This document shows positions 1 through 12,200 of a stretch of 64,000 nucleotides of DNA, piece after piece (the first letter of the stretch is position 1; each line of letters starts with the position of its first letter). Made by a program: the position numbers and the translations under genes. A model generated the notes under the pieces. That model ran no database searches and was not told the DNA's origin. It saw nothing but the letters and a program-made list of their open reading frames with translations. The DNA is from Phoronis australis (lineage: Eukaryota; Animalia; Phoronida), in contig NMRA01000345.1 in NCBI GenBank assembly GCA_002633005.1, forward strand, positions 1 to 64,000. Direction: 5' to 3'.

Positions 1-1023
1 AAACGGTTAGTATTACTAAAAAAATCAAGGAAAATCCTTGTTTTCAGTGGCGAAAACAAAATTTTACCCTGGAAGGAAGGGAGAATCCCTTTCCCGACAA
101 CCACCCCATTCGCCGCCACGAGCTTCAGCAGCACCCTTATCAAGATTGTCTACGAGACAAAATATTGGACTCCCTCTTATGATAGCCCAGATGCGCCACT
201 GCAATTAATTACTTTTTGTAACACTCGAATCCTTTGTATGTGCAACCAAGTATAAAATCGTCGACTTGATGGCCTGCATCAAACCTATCAAACTCTTCCA
301 GGTCAGCGATCTCACTTCTCAATATCTCCTGATACTCCAAAAAGATGTCCTGAGAACCTGTGAAGATATAATGTACAGTCTTCGTCATTTAAATTAGACC
401 AGACAGAGAAGGGCTTTGTAACACAGCGCTTTTCTAATCGTTAGCATGGTGGAGAAATTATTTCCTCTTGGCTTCCCCTACTTTCGGTGACTAGTTTTAA
501 CCAATAAAGTACCAATGTCCAACTGTGTTTACTGAACACCATTGGTATACAGTCCTGCCAGGGTGAAAGATGATGGTGTCGCCACCTATTGACGACAATG
601 ATATTAAGCAGCTGCAGGTTATACGGCAATCTGTAATCATGACGTAGTCATCGTGGTATCTCTGACGAGGAAAAACTGCAGGAAGGCACGTAGAAACATG
701 GAGCCCTTAGATTTTAGGGTAATGAAAGGGGTTTGAATGTGTTCGTCACAGCAGACCAAAGTGATGAGGAGACTGCCCTGTTCAAGTGTAGTCAAAAAGC
801 CTGGTACTTAACTTGCTTGACGCCTGTAAGCGGGGTGTAGAGATTGGGAATACAGCTTGCATGCATCTTTATCCACGCAAAGTCATGGAAGTTTCGGTCA
901 ACATTATCAGCCGATTTCATAAAGGTGGTCCAAGAAAACCATTAAACCTGGTCTTCGTAGACCTGGTCTAATTTTAGACCTAACTTGCATTTAACCAATG
1001 TGGTCTAAAAGTCTGAAAACCTG

Positions 1024-1190
1024 GGCCCGGTCTCCAATCTCCGTACTCAGACTCATACTCATACTCGAGATTTCATACTCAAAATCGTGCTCACTGGAGT
1101 CGTACTCAAAAAAGCGTATCTAATGTCGGATTTCGAGTAGACTCCAAACGTACTCAAATCTGACACTCATACTCGAGTTCCTATGGAACT
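1024..1190 (+). mobile_element. Harbinger-like MITE end, same TIR family as 51204-51604
   Basis: ctg|GGCCCGGTCTCCAATCT followed by actcga/actca repeats; degraded relatives near 14860-15125, 18545-18820 and 47050-47310. Confidence 0.5.
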
Positions 1191-1296
1191 CTTTATGATG
1201 TGAAATGCAAAATCACGCAAAGCCGCGCTGATTCATCGCTCCCTATAGGCCTTTTGCGAGTTTATAACAATAACGCGAGATTATGTGAGACTTAAC

Positions 1297-2574
1297 TGTG
1301 ACGTCACGGGAAGTGGGGCAAAAGCTTGTCATTTGGTCATTTGCCCAATACGGTAACAGAGTGTATTCTGTTATTGTCTTCGAGTTTTTAGCCGTTTAGT
1401 TCGAAAAATGTCCAAAAGCATTGCTGTTATGGCAAATGAACTTCAGATTCGCACTACAAAACGTTCTATCACGTTCTGTACTAAGTTTCGTCCCGTGTAT
1501 TTTAAACGGGCGGTAGGCGAAATCCGCTCACTGATAAAGTTTTCACCTCGTCGAAAATACATTCTACACCTAAAATTAGCACCTAAATGGCTCTTACTTT
1601 CTTCAGTGACTCTTTCTGCTTCTAAACATATCTTCGATGAAGCACGGGAATTCAGGTGACTTAGGCGAAGAATTCCAACTCCACTTTGTGGTTACTGACA
1701 GTTAACTTTGTCCGCGCGCGCGATTGCCACAATCAAGTATTTCAACTGAGTCAGGTGAGTATGAGGCAAAGGTAAGCGCGAGACTGAGCGAAGTGCGAGA
1801 TCTGGCGCGTGACTTGCAAAATAGCATGAGAAAATATCAAGTGAAATTTGATTCATGTTGTGTCCCTTGGANTGTGGTTACTGTTAACTTTGTCCGCGCG
1901 CGCGATTACCACAATCAAGTATTTCAACTGAGTCAGGTGAGTATGAGGAAAAGGCTAGCGCGAGACTGAGCGAAGCGCAAGATCTGGCGCGTGACCTGGC
2001 GCGTGACACTTGCAAAATAGCATGAGAAAATATCGAGTGAAATTTGTAAGATTTGTGTCCCTTGGACATTTTGTTCGTCAACAGGCGTGATTTCACGTAA
2101 CTTCCTCAAAATGGCGGCTCTTTAGTGAGAGAAATTCGAGAGAACCGCGAGGTTTTCATGAATATACTCAAGTTATTTGAGTAGACTAAATTGTGTCCAG
2201 AGTCAGGGTATGTGTTAATTATAACTTCATGTGCACATATGCTTGTTTCATTTGATTTTATTTGCTGTATTTTGAAGTGAATATCTTTATGGGGATACAC
2301 TATCGCCCCTGTATGCCTGCGCCATTCAGGCCTAGAGCGGGTTAAGTTCCAATTTCAGTCCGTTCACAGCTTCGCACAACATACCAAGGTCACATTTTCT
2401 TCGTCTATTCACAGTTATTCCACGACCCATCTACCATATCTTAAGTTGTTTTAACGTTTTAAGCGTAAAATTCACCATAAGAACTCCAGTAAATTTTAAC
2501 GTGTGTAGCAAAGACTCGGGGCAAAACAAGAGCAATATGGCGGGTTTTGCCCCCTTTCCGGTGACGTCACAGTG
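1297..2574. mobile_element. Non-autonomous element bounded by imperfect inverted repeats
   Basis: actgtgacgtcacgggaagtggggcaaaa ... ttttgcccctttccggtgacgtcacagt; its interior (~1470-2066) recurs inverted at ~50370-50780 and ~57526-57935. Confidence 0.5.
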
Positions 2575-2579
2575 ACTAG

Positions 2580-3150
2580 CGAGAAACTCGCAAGTGAGCT
2601 ATTCCGTTTAAACATGGATTGAACTTAGTTATGAATGGTATTCTATTAGTAGCATTGCCTTTAGTTTTAGTTCTTAAAGATTGATTTCGAGTAATTGAGC
2701 GGACTTTGTCAAACTGTTTGTGTATAAGATGTAAGGGGAAATGACGTTGAATTAGATAGTACTTGAGTTCTTTTAAACGGTTATTAAAGGAAGTTTCTTC
2801 TGAACAAATGCGTCGAATTCTTAGGGCAAGGATATATGGAAGGCTTTTCTTGCAATGAAAGGAATGACACGAGTGATATGACAGATACTGGTGTTTGCCA
2901 GTTTCCTTACAGAATAAGTCAGTTTCTAGTTTATCATTATTAAGAGTGACAGTTACATCTAAAAATGAGACTTTATTTTGAGNNNNNNNNNNNNNNNNNN
3001 NNNNNNNNNNNNNNNNNNNNNNNNNNNNNNNNNNNNNNNNNNNNNNNNNNNNNNNNNNNNNNNNNNNNNNNNGGGGTTTTTCAGAGCAGGATTTGATGAA
3101 GCTGTTTTCAAGATTTCCCATAAAGAGGTTAGCAAAGGTAGGAGCAACTT
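2580..3150 (-). mobile_element. Penelope-like retroelement RT fragment (gap inside)
   Basis: [15 protein letters not shown]...VSFLDVTV...TDLFCKETGKHQYLSYHSCH...KKSLPY..ALRIRRICS are characteristic Penelope/PLE RT C-terminal motifs. Confidence 0.85.
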
Positions 3151-3201
3151 TGAAGAAATTTTTGTCGTCTTTTTAAAATTCTTTCCTTGTCATCATTTCA
3201 G

Positions 3202-3272
3202 AGGAGACCTTGCATATTTTGATGGACTCAGTGAAACAATCATCAGCGTTGGACTTGTGAAACCCAAACCAG
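3202..3272 (+). CDS. NUP155: NUP155 exon ([23 protein letters not shown])
   Basis: tttcag acceptor, gtaaca donor, conserved peptide. Confidence 0.93.
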
Positions 3273-6200
3273 GTAACACAGTATACGTGTGTTAGAATTG
3301 TGTGTAAAAACAAACCAGGTATTAGATACACTGTATCCACTCAGGTATAAATTGATTGGCTTGTCATTGAGGAGCTTCAAAAAGGGGAGTGACCTTGTAC
3401 CCTGGTAGGCTTATGTCAGACTTTCGTGAATAAGTCCATGTGCTTGATTTGTGTATTAGCCCATAAGCGGCCAGCACACTTTCGATGTTAGTGTTGGGTT
3501 CTGTTTTTAAGGCACACTTAACGACAAGGTAAAAGTTAAAAGGTGATTTGACATGGACTTATAGGTGGGCTTATACCCAAGTTGGTAGGTACCCCAAAAG
3601 TGTGAGGATGGGCTTACAGCAGTACAGGTGTGTGGGTGGGTGGGTGCGTGCGTGCGTGCATGCATGCATGTGCGTATGTGTAGACAGGGAAATTGAATAA
3701 ATTCTCAAAACGTAACATGTTTAACAAATTACATAACTGATTGATTTCTTGAGTTTCAGTAAGGATTATAGTCTTCATAACATTTAGATTTTGCATCCTT
3801 GTGAGCTGGGCAAATTTATCAAAATTTTCTGCTTGCAGGTATATTTCAACCACACATACAGTACTTACTCTGCCTGGCTACCCCTGTGGATATAGTGTTG
3901 TTAGGAGTAAGCTTTGCCGTGCCCAAAGGTAAGTATTGTCAAAACAGCAATAGATAGTTTACCTACACACACTTATGTTTCAGAATTTTTTTGTGTTTCT
4001 TGACATCAACAAGAAAGTTTTTCTGTTGCTCAAAGTCTTCAAACAAGGTGAAATGTGGGCGTTTTTGTAAAAAAAACGGAACTACACTCTTTCAAAGTCC
4101 CAAAAACGTGCAACTTGAGACTTTAAGATAAAACAAGTTGATGGTGGGGTTTATACACAGAAAATGTCTTGTGAGCACCACCCTGTAAATAATATAATCA
4201 TGGTAAGTATCGAATATTGCCGTATTTCAGAATTTTCTCATTTAACAAGTGCACAATCAAAGTAAGACAAGACTCACCATTGAAGTACGTTGCTTCTGTG
4301 TCTTACTGTTTGTGAGCCTGGGATGTGCTGTGCTGTCTTATTTTAAGTGCTTTCGATATATTGTGAATGCTACAGTCTGGAAATTGGATTTGCATCGGAG
4401 CATAAGAACGTACAGTGCTCGGTGAAGTAATCGCTGAAAATGATCTGAAATTCCCCTGAGATAAAGCAGATTCACTTTCATAGTATTCATTCGTCATGAC
4501 TTGGAATAGCATGGAATTTACCAGAATCATAGTGAGGTGGAAACGCCGTTCTACGGTACAGATTTTGCCCATGCAATTGATGAGTCACTCCCCGTTGTTT
4601 TTGTTGTAAACGGTATTAGTCGTGGTGAGGGGGAAACAGAATTGTGTGAGATTACTTGTTGCATCTATAGTGATTTTGAAAAAATTTTGCGTGACAAAAT
4701 TCGTCTGGCCTCGGAGAAGTTATCTGGAAAGCCGACACAGAAAACAAATAAAAAGTAATACTGTCTGAATCGCTTGGAAATTAGCCAGATATTTTTTGCT
4801 TCCCAGTTTCTCCGATTTTTGTCTAGAAGAAAAGTAGTCGACTTTTTTTTGAAACCACTGTACTGTGGTCTTTAATAGTGGCCAGTGATCCTCAGTCACC
4901 CCGTATACGCCCATCATGCCTTCACCATTGTGACAGGTGTTGATTTTGCAGACGCATACGAAGGCGTGGGCGAGATGCACCTGTTGCCGGAGCCCCTGTT
5001 CTCCATCCCGACGGACAACGCCTATATGTTGAACATCAGCGGTGATGACAACGGCAGGATATTCATGGCCAGTAAAGATGGCTGTCTCTACGAGCTGGTT
5101 TATCAGGTACATTACCCGCCCGAGATCACCAAATGTTAATGGAGAACTGATTTGATAAATAATTAGCCATACACACATCACCATGCTCGAAATGGGAATT
5201 ATGCCAAATTGGTCAGTTTTCTAGTCGGAATGTTAGTAACATGGTGGTCTCTGGTCCATGTCTCATAATTCCTCATCTGGAGCACTGTGTCAGTTCTTTT
5301 CAATGTAAAATCATAGAATTCCAGTCTTGGAAAAAGGACATTTGTCTGATTAGAGAGCTATTGATATCTCGGCTAACACGAAGTCAGAGCGATTTTCTAC
5401 TGTCATGACAAAATTTGCAATTTTGACAAAGGCTATGGTGATGAGTAATCCAGAGAAGAAAATGTTGAAATTTGTCTTAGTTCGGGGCTTCTGATATCTG
5501 AAGTGGCTTCTCAGATTCAATTGAAACTATAATTAGACTTTCCATAAGTACTTTAACATCAAAGTCAAATAAGATTTAACCTTTTTATTTCAGGCAGAGG
5601 ATGGGTGGTTTAGTCGAAGATGTCGAAAAATCAACCACTCTACCAGTGCACTTTCGCTGTTCATACCATCATTTCTTAATTTCTCTTTTGCTGATGATGG
5701 TAAGTGTCTACCCGGTACTCACTTAAGGTAGCAATATGTGCTGCAATAGAATACAGTTACGGACAAAAGTAATGCCAGGGATTTTTGAAGGAGGCCCTGA
5801 CATTCATTTTACTGTACCAAAAAGAGAGCCCACGGAGTCTTTTTGGTGGGCATGAAGTTTGTAGGGCTGCGTACAGCACAATCAATGCGCGCACCCAGCC
5901 TTTAATATGGGGGCTCGAATTTCTGACGGTGTGGACCTTTTGCTGACAAAAAAGCGGGAGGACTAAAAAAACGGGGTACCACCTTCAGAACTTTAAACTG
6001 TGTGTCTGCGCCATTTTAGTGGACTTTTGTCTCTTTCTCGGACTTTTTGTTTTTCTGAAGCGGACCTTTTTGCCCACTTCGTCAAATGGGGGGGCTCAAA
6101 TGNCCCCCCTGGGTGCACGCATGGATTAGCCATCTGTCTTTTTCAAGAAGAAAATTTCACTTTCTTGACAATTTGACTGCTATAAAATAAGTCTGTTGAC

Positions 6201-9200
6201 AAGTGGTCAAATTGAAATATTTCAACTGTTGTTTTTATGCAGCCACGTATGTATGTTCAGTTGCTCGGGTGTCTGCTCAGCATCTCGATAACCTCTGGTG
6301 GTCGGAACTTTATGTAATTTGGCACAATGGTAAAGGGCATCACTAGAACGGTTCATGCCACTTTTCAATCTGCCCCGCCCCCTGATTGACAGATGTCAAC
6401 GAAACTTGACACAGAACTATGTGATTTTAATGCACCGAACGATTTGTTTTTGGAATAAGTTGAACCACTGCAGCATCATGACAAGGGGATTTTCAGTATA
6501 ATGTCAGTGTGCCAGCACCATCCAATTTTCTGGCAGATTTGACGACTGCTGCACCTCCTAGTGGCCCTTAGAAACATATTGTTTTCTATGCATCTTAGTC
6601 GCGTGTTAACGCCCCAGCATTGCACTTGTTAATGGATGCAGCGTGTAGTTATGGTTTCAGCATTTAGGTTTCTTGTTTACAGATCCACTTGTTCAAATAA
6701 GCATAGACGATTCTCGCCACATTGTGTACACCCGATCAGAGAAGGGAACAATCCAAGTCTTCGACATGGCCGTCGATGGGAAAGGGATGAGTCGCATAGC
6801 GGCGGTGTCAGAGAGCACCACTGTACAGAATGCTGCGTTAGTTGCCAAGTGAGTGATGGTGTAATATGCCACTGTTTGGGATCGTAAGAATTTTCTGTAG
6901 TCTATGAATATGTCTCCAGGTGCAGTATAACCCTGAATGACATGAGACATTGAGTGATACGTATATTATATTATGAATACATGACAGAGTCGACAATGAT
7001 AATTCATACTCTAATACTGAGACTCGTTTCCGGAGACTAGTCTGAGATTGGACCAGTCGGTAATTCTTCACATATTTAGCACACAATGTGTGTAATATGT
7101 GAAATTTTGTCAAATGTCTCCAAAAAAATAAAGATTAAAAAAGCTTTAGTTCATTACTAGCATGGTTTCTACTGTGAAGATGTCAACTTCCGTGAATTGT
7201 CCATTATTTGCAGTAGCGTAATAGCGTTTGAAAAATAGAAAACGGCGATTTTGGGAATTTTTATACGAAATGGAGAATTACAGAAACTGTATTGAGTGTT
7301 CAAGAACACATTTTACTCAATACCACCTGGCAGTGTTGTTCATTGTCTTAGTATCAAAAGTGATGTTATCCTGCGTTAAGTTATAGTCGCTCTCCCTCAC
7401 TCCATGTGATCTGACTTATCCTTCAGTATCGGGTAATGTGTAGCATCTCATTATTGCCGATATTATCCTGGTGTATATCATCTAACTCAGTATCATGGTT
7501 GATCTTGTCCTGTATTACCACCAGATGGCGTGTATCTCTGAATCCTGTTCGGAATCCTCTTCTCATATTCACCCTTTATGTTGTGCAGAACCATCGACCG
7601 GTCCAACTTCAAGCCCATCGTCCACATAGCCGCCATCACTAAACAAGAGTCTGTCAACATCCACCTGGTGGCAGTAACACATGCCGGTGAGGGAGTTTGA
7701 ACTTTGTCTACAAACTTATACCTTGTCACTGTACTGTAAAGTCCCATATGAGACCTTGGAAATAGTGTGTTCTGTGTTCAGTTAAAAACTCCGCAAACTG
7801 GATTTTAACGTAAGTTGGGTCAGTCAAAACGTAAGCTCAAATAATGCCCATTCAATACAGCTCCAAATGTTTTCAAATTTAAGTGACTTTTAATGTTGAT
7901 TTTTATTTTAATTTTGATTTGGTGGTGCACCACTACCTAAAATGGCCACATTAGTGTGTAACAGCTGACTCATGCATTATGGGTAATCACTCTGTAATGA
8001 GGCATTCGTGGAAATCCAGCCCACTTTTTAATTTTATTAAAAAGATTAACACTGAAATAAGGCAAACACAAACGGAGATGAAAGTTGACTAATGTTCGTA
8101 TTTTAGTGGTATCTTCTGACTGACGAAACTCGCCCTGTGTTCTAAATTGGTAAATATATAGGAAAGAGCATCTTTAACAATGCAATAATTTTGAATATAA
8201 GGCCATGTCCTTTAGGGTTGTTCCAGCAAATCTGTATGGGATGGGGGGACGGGAGTTGAAATAAAAATTCATGGGTGGTGATCTTCAGAAGAAAACTCAA
8301 ATTATGGGTAGTCTTGTAAGAAGTAAAGCATTAGAACTCTGAGGTATTTCTTGACCTGTAAATTTCAACTGATTGATATTTTCAGCCAATCACATCTCAA
8401 AAGAAATCAAAAACTCACCAAAAACTAACCCAAACATATCCGGAAACACAAAAACAAACCTATGTTGCCAGTGTACAGAGTGCAATATGTACACTATGCC
8501 ATTACTCAAGTCAGGGGCAACTTGATTACAAGCAGATGTTGTACTGCAGTCATATTAGGATGAAATTTTCTGCAACACTAAACTAGTGTTAACACATAAA
8601 GAAAACTGATGAATTTTTAATAGAAAGTATGAGGAGTAAGATAGATAAATTCCAATATTCACTTGACATAGCAGTCTAAAAGCGTTTGTGGAGACAGTTT
8701 GAGATTCATAGATCCATGAAATTGAAAAAGTCTTATTGAAATTACAGAGACACACGGTGAATAGAGACACCTGGTGGCTGGCAAAAGTATTGCTCACAGG
8801 TGTCTTTGAAATGCAAGTTTCTGGTAACTGATATGAGTTGTGATTTCACATGGAATTTTTCTGCACCCACGAAAACTTTGTGTTCCGTCCGTCTGTCATT
8901 ATCATTTTTTGTCCATCAATTATCTCAAGAACCGCTTGGCGGATCATGATGAAATTTGGTATAGAGGTACTTGGCAAGGATGCGCCTGCACCAGTCAATT
9001 TCTGGACGGATTTGGGCAAGCTTGGTACCCCATGTTGGCCGCTTTAGTTTCCGACAAGCCATTCTCTGTATGTTCTCTCAAAAACAGCTTCACTGATCAT
9101 GATGAAATTCAAAATAGAAGTATATCGCAAGAATGAGCCGGCACCAGTCAATTTTTGGACGCTGGATTCAACTACTGTGGCACCCTGTTAGTTTTTGACA

Positions 9201-12200
9201 AGACAGGTTCATTATCTCAAAAAGTGTTGGGCACAACTGGAAATTTGGCACAAACATAATATTATATAGCAGGGATGGATGCGTTGACAGAAGTCATTTT
9301 GGTTTTGATTCGACCACCCTCTTGACTACTATAGTTTTTGACAATATTGGACAAGACAACTAGTTCTTGTCTGTCAATCATCTAATTTCTTAACAGGTCA
9401 TCCTGGAGGCAATTTGTTTGCAAGTGTTGGATTATATGTTTTAATTCCTATTAATTAAAAAATTATGGGTAATGGGTTGGAGAAATAAATGAAAATATGG
9501 GTAGTGGTTACAAAATAAAAGTGCCTCCCCCCATACATTTTTTGCTGGAACAGCACTTAGTTTGTACACAAATCTATACTGTTTATTTGGGTACAAAACT
9601 GCTAGTCTTTGTTTTTTGTGCTTTTTATCCACCAGCCATTACCACAATGGCTTACAGCCAAAGATGATTAATAATTTTGGTTGGCTAAAACCACTTTAGG
9701 AAAAGTAAACTTTACAATTAAAACAAATATGTTACAGCATGTTTTGTCAAGTTAAGTCATCACCTTAGAGAGGAAATTGCGTATTTTTAGGAACACTTAA
9801 AATGTAATGATCCCTTGTGTAAGGCCTCAGTCTTATAGCTAAATTATAAGTTGTTACCTTATTTGAGGGCATGGCCTTATGTATGGGATTGTATGATACA
9901 CTGTGGATAATTAACAAATGAATTTATCTGATTTAAAGTATCAAGTTTGTCTAGAGTAGACTGTTGGGGTTTCTTGACTTTTTGTATGCTGCAAAGCCGC
10001 AAGTGCAGATTCAGACCTTGATGAGAGGGGGCAGATATAGGGTACACTTACGTCTATCTATTTATCCACGGCAGTAATGTGAAAGTAAACGAGTGGGGGA
10101 CTGTGCCCAGATACATTAAGCAGTCCTAAATAGGCACCCAACTAAGTTCCCTACATCTTCTGCATAGAATGTTATCTTTTTCTATCATTTTGTCTTTATT
10201 GTGAGCTCCTCGTTGTCTAATGACATTTTCTAATAAATAACTAAATCTGGTCCCTTTTTTCAGTGAAAAATAGAGACTTAGTTCATAAAAAGATCCCTAC
10301 TTATTTTAGGAAATATTGAGAGTTCACTCTCGATTTATATCATAACCAAAAACTGACTTAGTCAGCAAACTAAAACAGTGTAAGAAAAGGCAATCAGAGT
10401 TTTCGCTTGTCCATAGTTATGCAGATTTAGGAAACTTAGTTGAGTACCTATTTAGGACTGTTTCCTGCGACCAGCAGTTTTGTAGGTATTTGGATAAATA
10501 CGCCGACTAGTCGATAATATCATCCATTACCTTACATTGAGAAATGCTTACCACGTTCAATTTCTAAACAGAATGTGTCATGTGTGTCAGCGTGTGTTAT
10601 CATTCACAGGTGTTCGCCTGTACTTCACGACCAACCCATTCAACACCAATGGTGGCCGACCGAACATGTTGACACTGGTTCATGTACGCCTGCCACCAGG
10701 GTTCGCTACTACCACCTCACCACAACGACCGAATAAAGTACACATGGCACACTATCACAAAGGTAAGCTTTGTGTCTTGGCAAGCTTCCAGTCAGAATTG
10801 CGTGAAGATGTTCTCCGCCAATAACAAAAGCTGGTCTGAAGATGAAGAATCTTTAATTTGCTTAAAAAGGAAATTTGTAGCAAACATTGGCAATTGACGC
10901 AACGTGGTGACCTTCAACTCAGTACCTTCATAATCAAGGTTATTCAAAGATGAATAATTAACTCCTCTGGGATTTTCTTTAAAGATGTTGATCTTCAGTG
11001 TTGCATACATATGACATGTAGATGATAGGTTGCTTGAACTCAAATAAGTGAGACATGCGTATTAAGTTGGATCTTTTCCTTGCTCAGGACAAGTCAGCAT
11101 TCCAGGGGCCTCTTTCTCAAAGAGCATATAGCAAAAAGTTATAATAATTTTTCGTCTTTTGACTTTGACCTTTTGTCTGCTCACAAGCAGGCTATGGATT
11201 TCTGTCGTTTGGGTTCGAGTTGTAGAAAGATTTTTTGACTTTTAACCTTAGTCTGACTTTGTGAAACGGGCTAAGCCATTTTTAGTCAGTAGACTCTTTG
11301 AGAAAGAACCACTGTTTGCTTTAATTCGTGCTTTCGGTCTTTTAGATAAGTGCTATTTTGCCTTACATGGATGAAATCTCGTGGTTATGTTTGATCCAAC
11401 AAGTTTTACTTCACCTGCTTGGTTTTTAAAAGCAAATCACATTCAACACAATATTTAAACTGGAGTCAGGTGTCGGGACTAGCTTTTCCCTAACTTCTTG
11501 AATATACGTCAACTCCTTGAAAATTGCTTTGAGTCTTTTATTGTGTCCAGGTACCCTGTTAATGTCTGCCTCCCAGGCTAACGAGAGCGACCTCTTGTGG
11601 ACCACTAGTCCTGACTCCTTCCCCTTCCAACAGAGCTTGATGGAGGTGTTTGTAAGTGACCAATTTTGATTTTAACATGCTTTACTTAACAGTGTTTTTT
11701 GCGCTCATTCCTTGTATACTAAGCAGCACAATGGGATCATTGCTTTCATCATGTCAAAAACGTTGTAGTGAAAATTTTTGGCTTGAATTTTCAATGATTT
11801 GCGAATAATGTTTTGCTGGTTTTCTTCCCAATTTTTGCGTCAATGTTAATAGCTTCTGAAAACTACGATAACTGTAAATAGTTTGGGTTTGGGATTTGTG
11901 GGGAGACTGGTTCTTCGTTGTTATTGTTATTTGTTTTTTGGGCCTAGTCTACGACATTCTATGTAAAACTGAGTCACTGAGTGTAGTATTTGGTCATATT
12001 TCATGAATTGAAAGTACTTTCATCAATCAGTTCTTGTTTCAATGAACATACAGTACATAATTATGTTTATCAGAACATACATCAAATTGTTTATGCCATG
12101 AGTAAAGCATTTTACATGGGACATAATCTATGTTTAAGTTCTTCGTCATGAAAAATGGTAAGCATTTTGTATGATTAATTACAGAACACTAACGCTATTG

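Noticed and set aside
230-1027. Possible highly degenerate Harbinger transposase and TIR on the minus strand
   Set aside because: Only faint motif resemblance with many stops; it cannot be supported without a profile search.
1697-2066. Tandem ~175-bp duplication
   Set aside because: It is centred on a single N at 1872, and the inverted family copy near 50370-50780 has only one unit, so it is probably a contig-overlap artefact.
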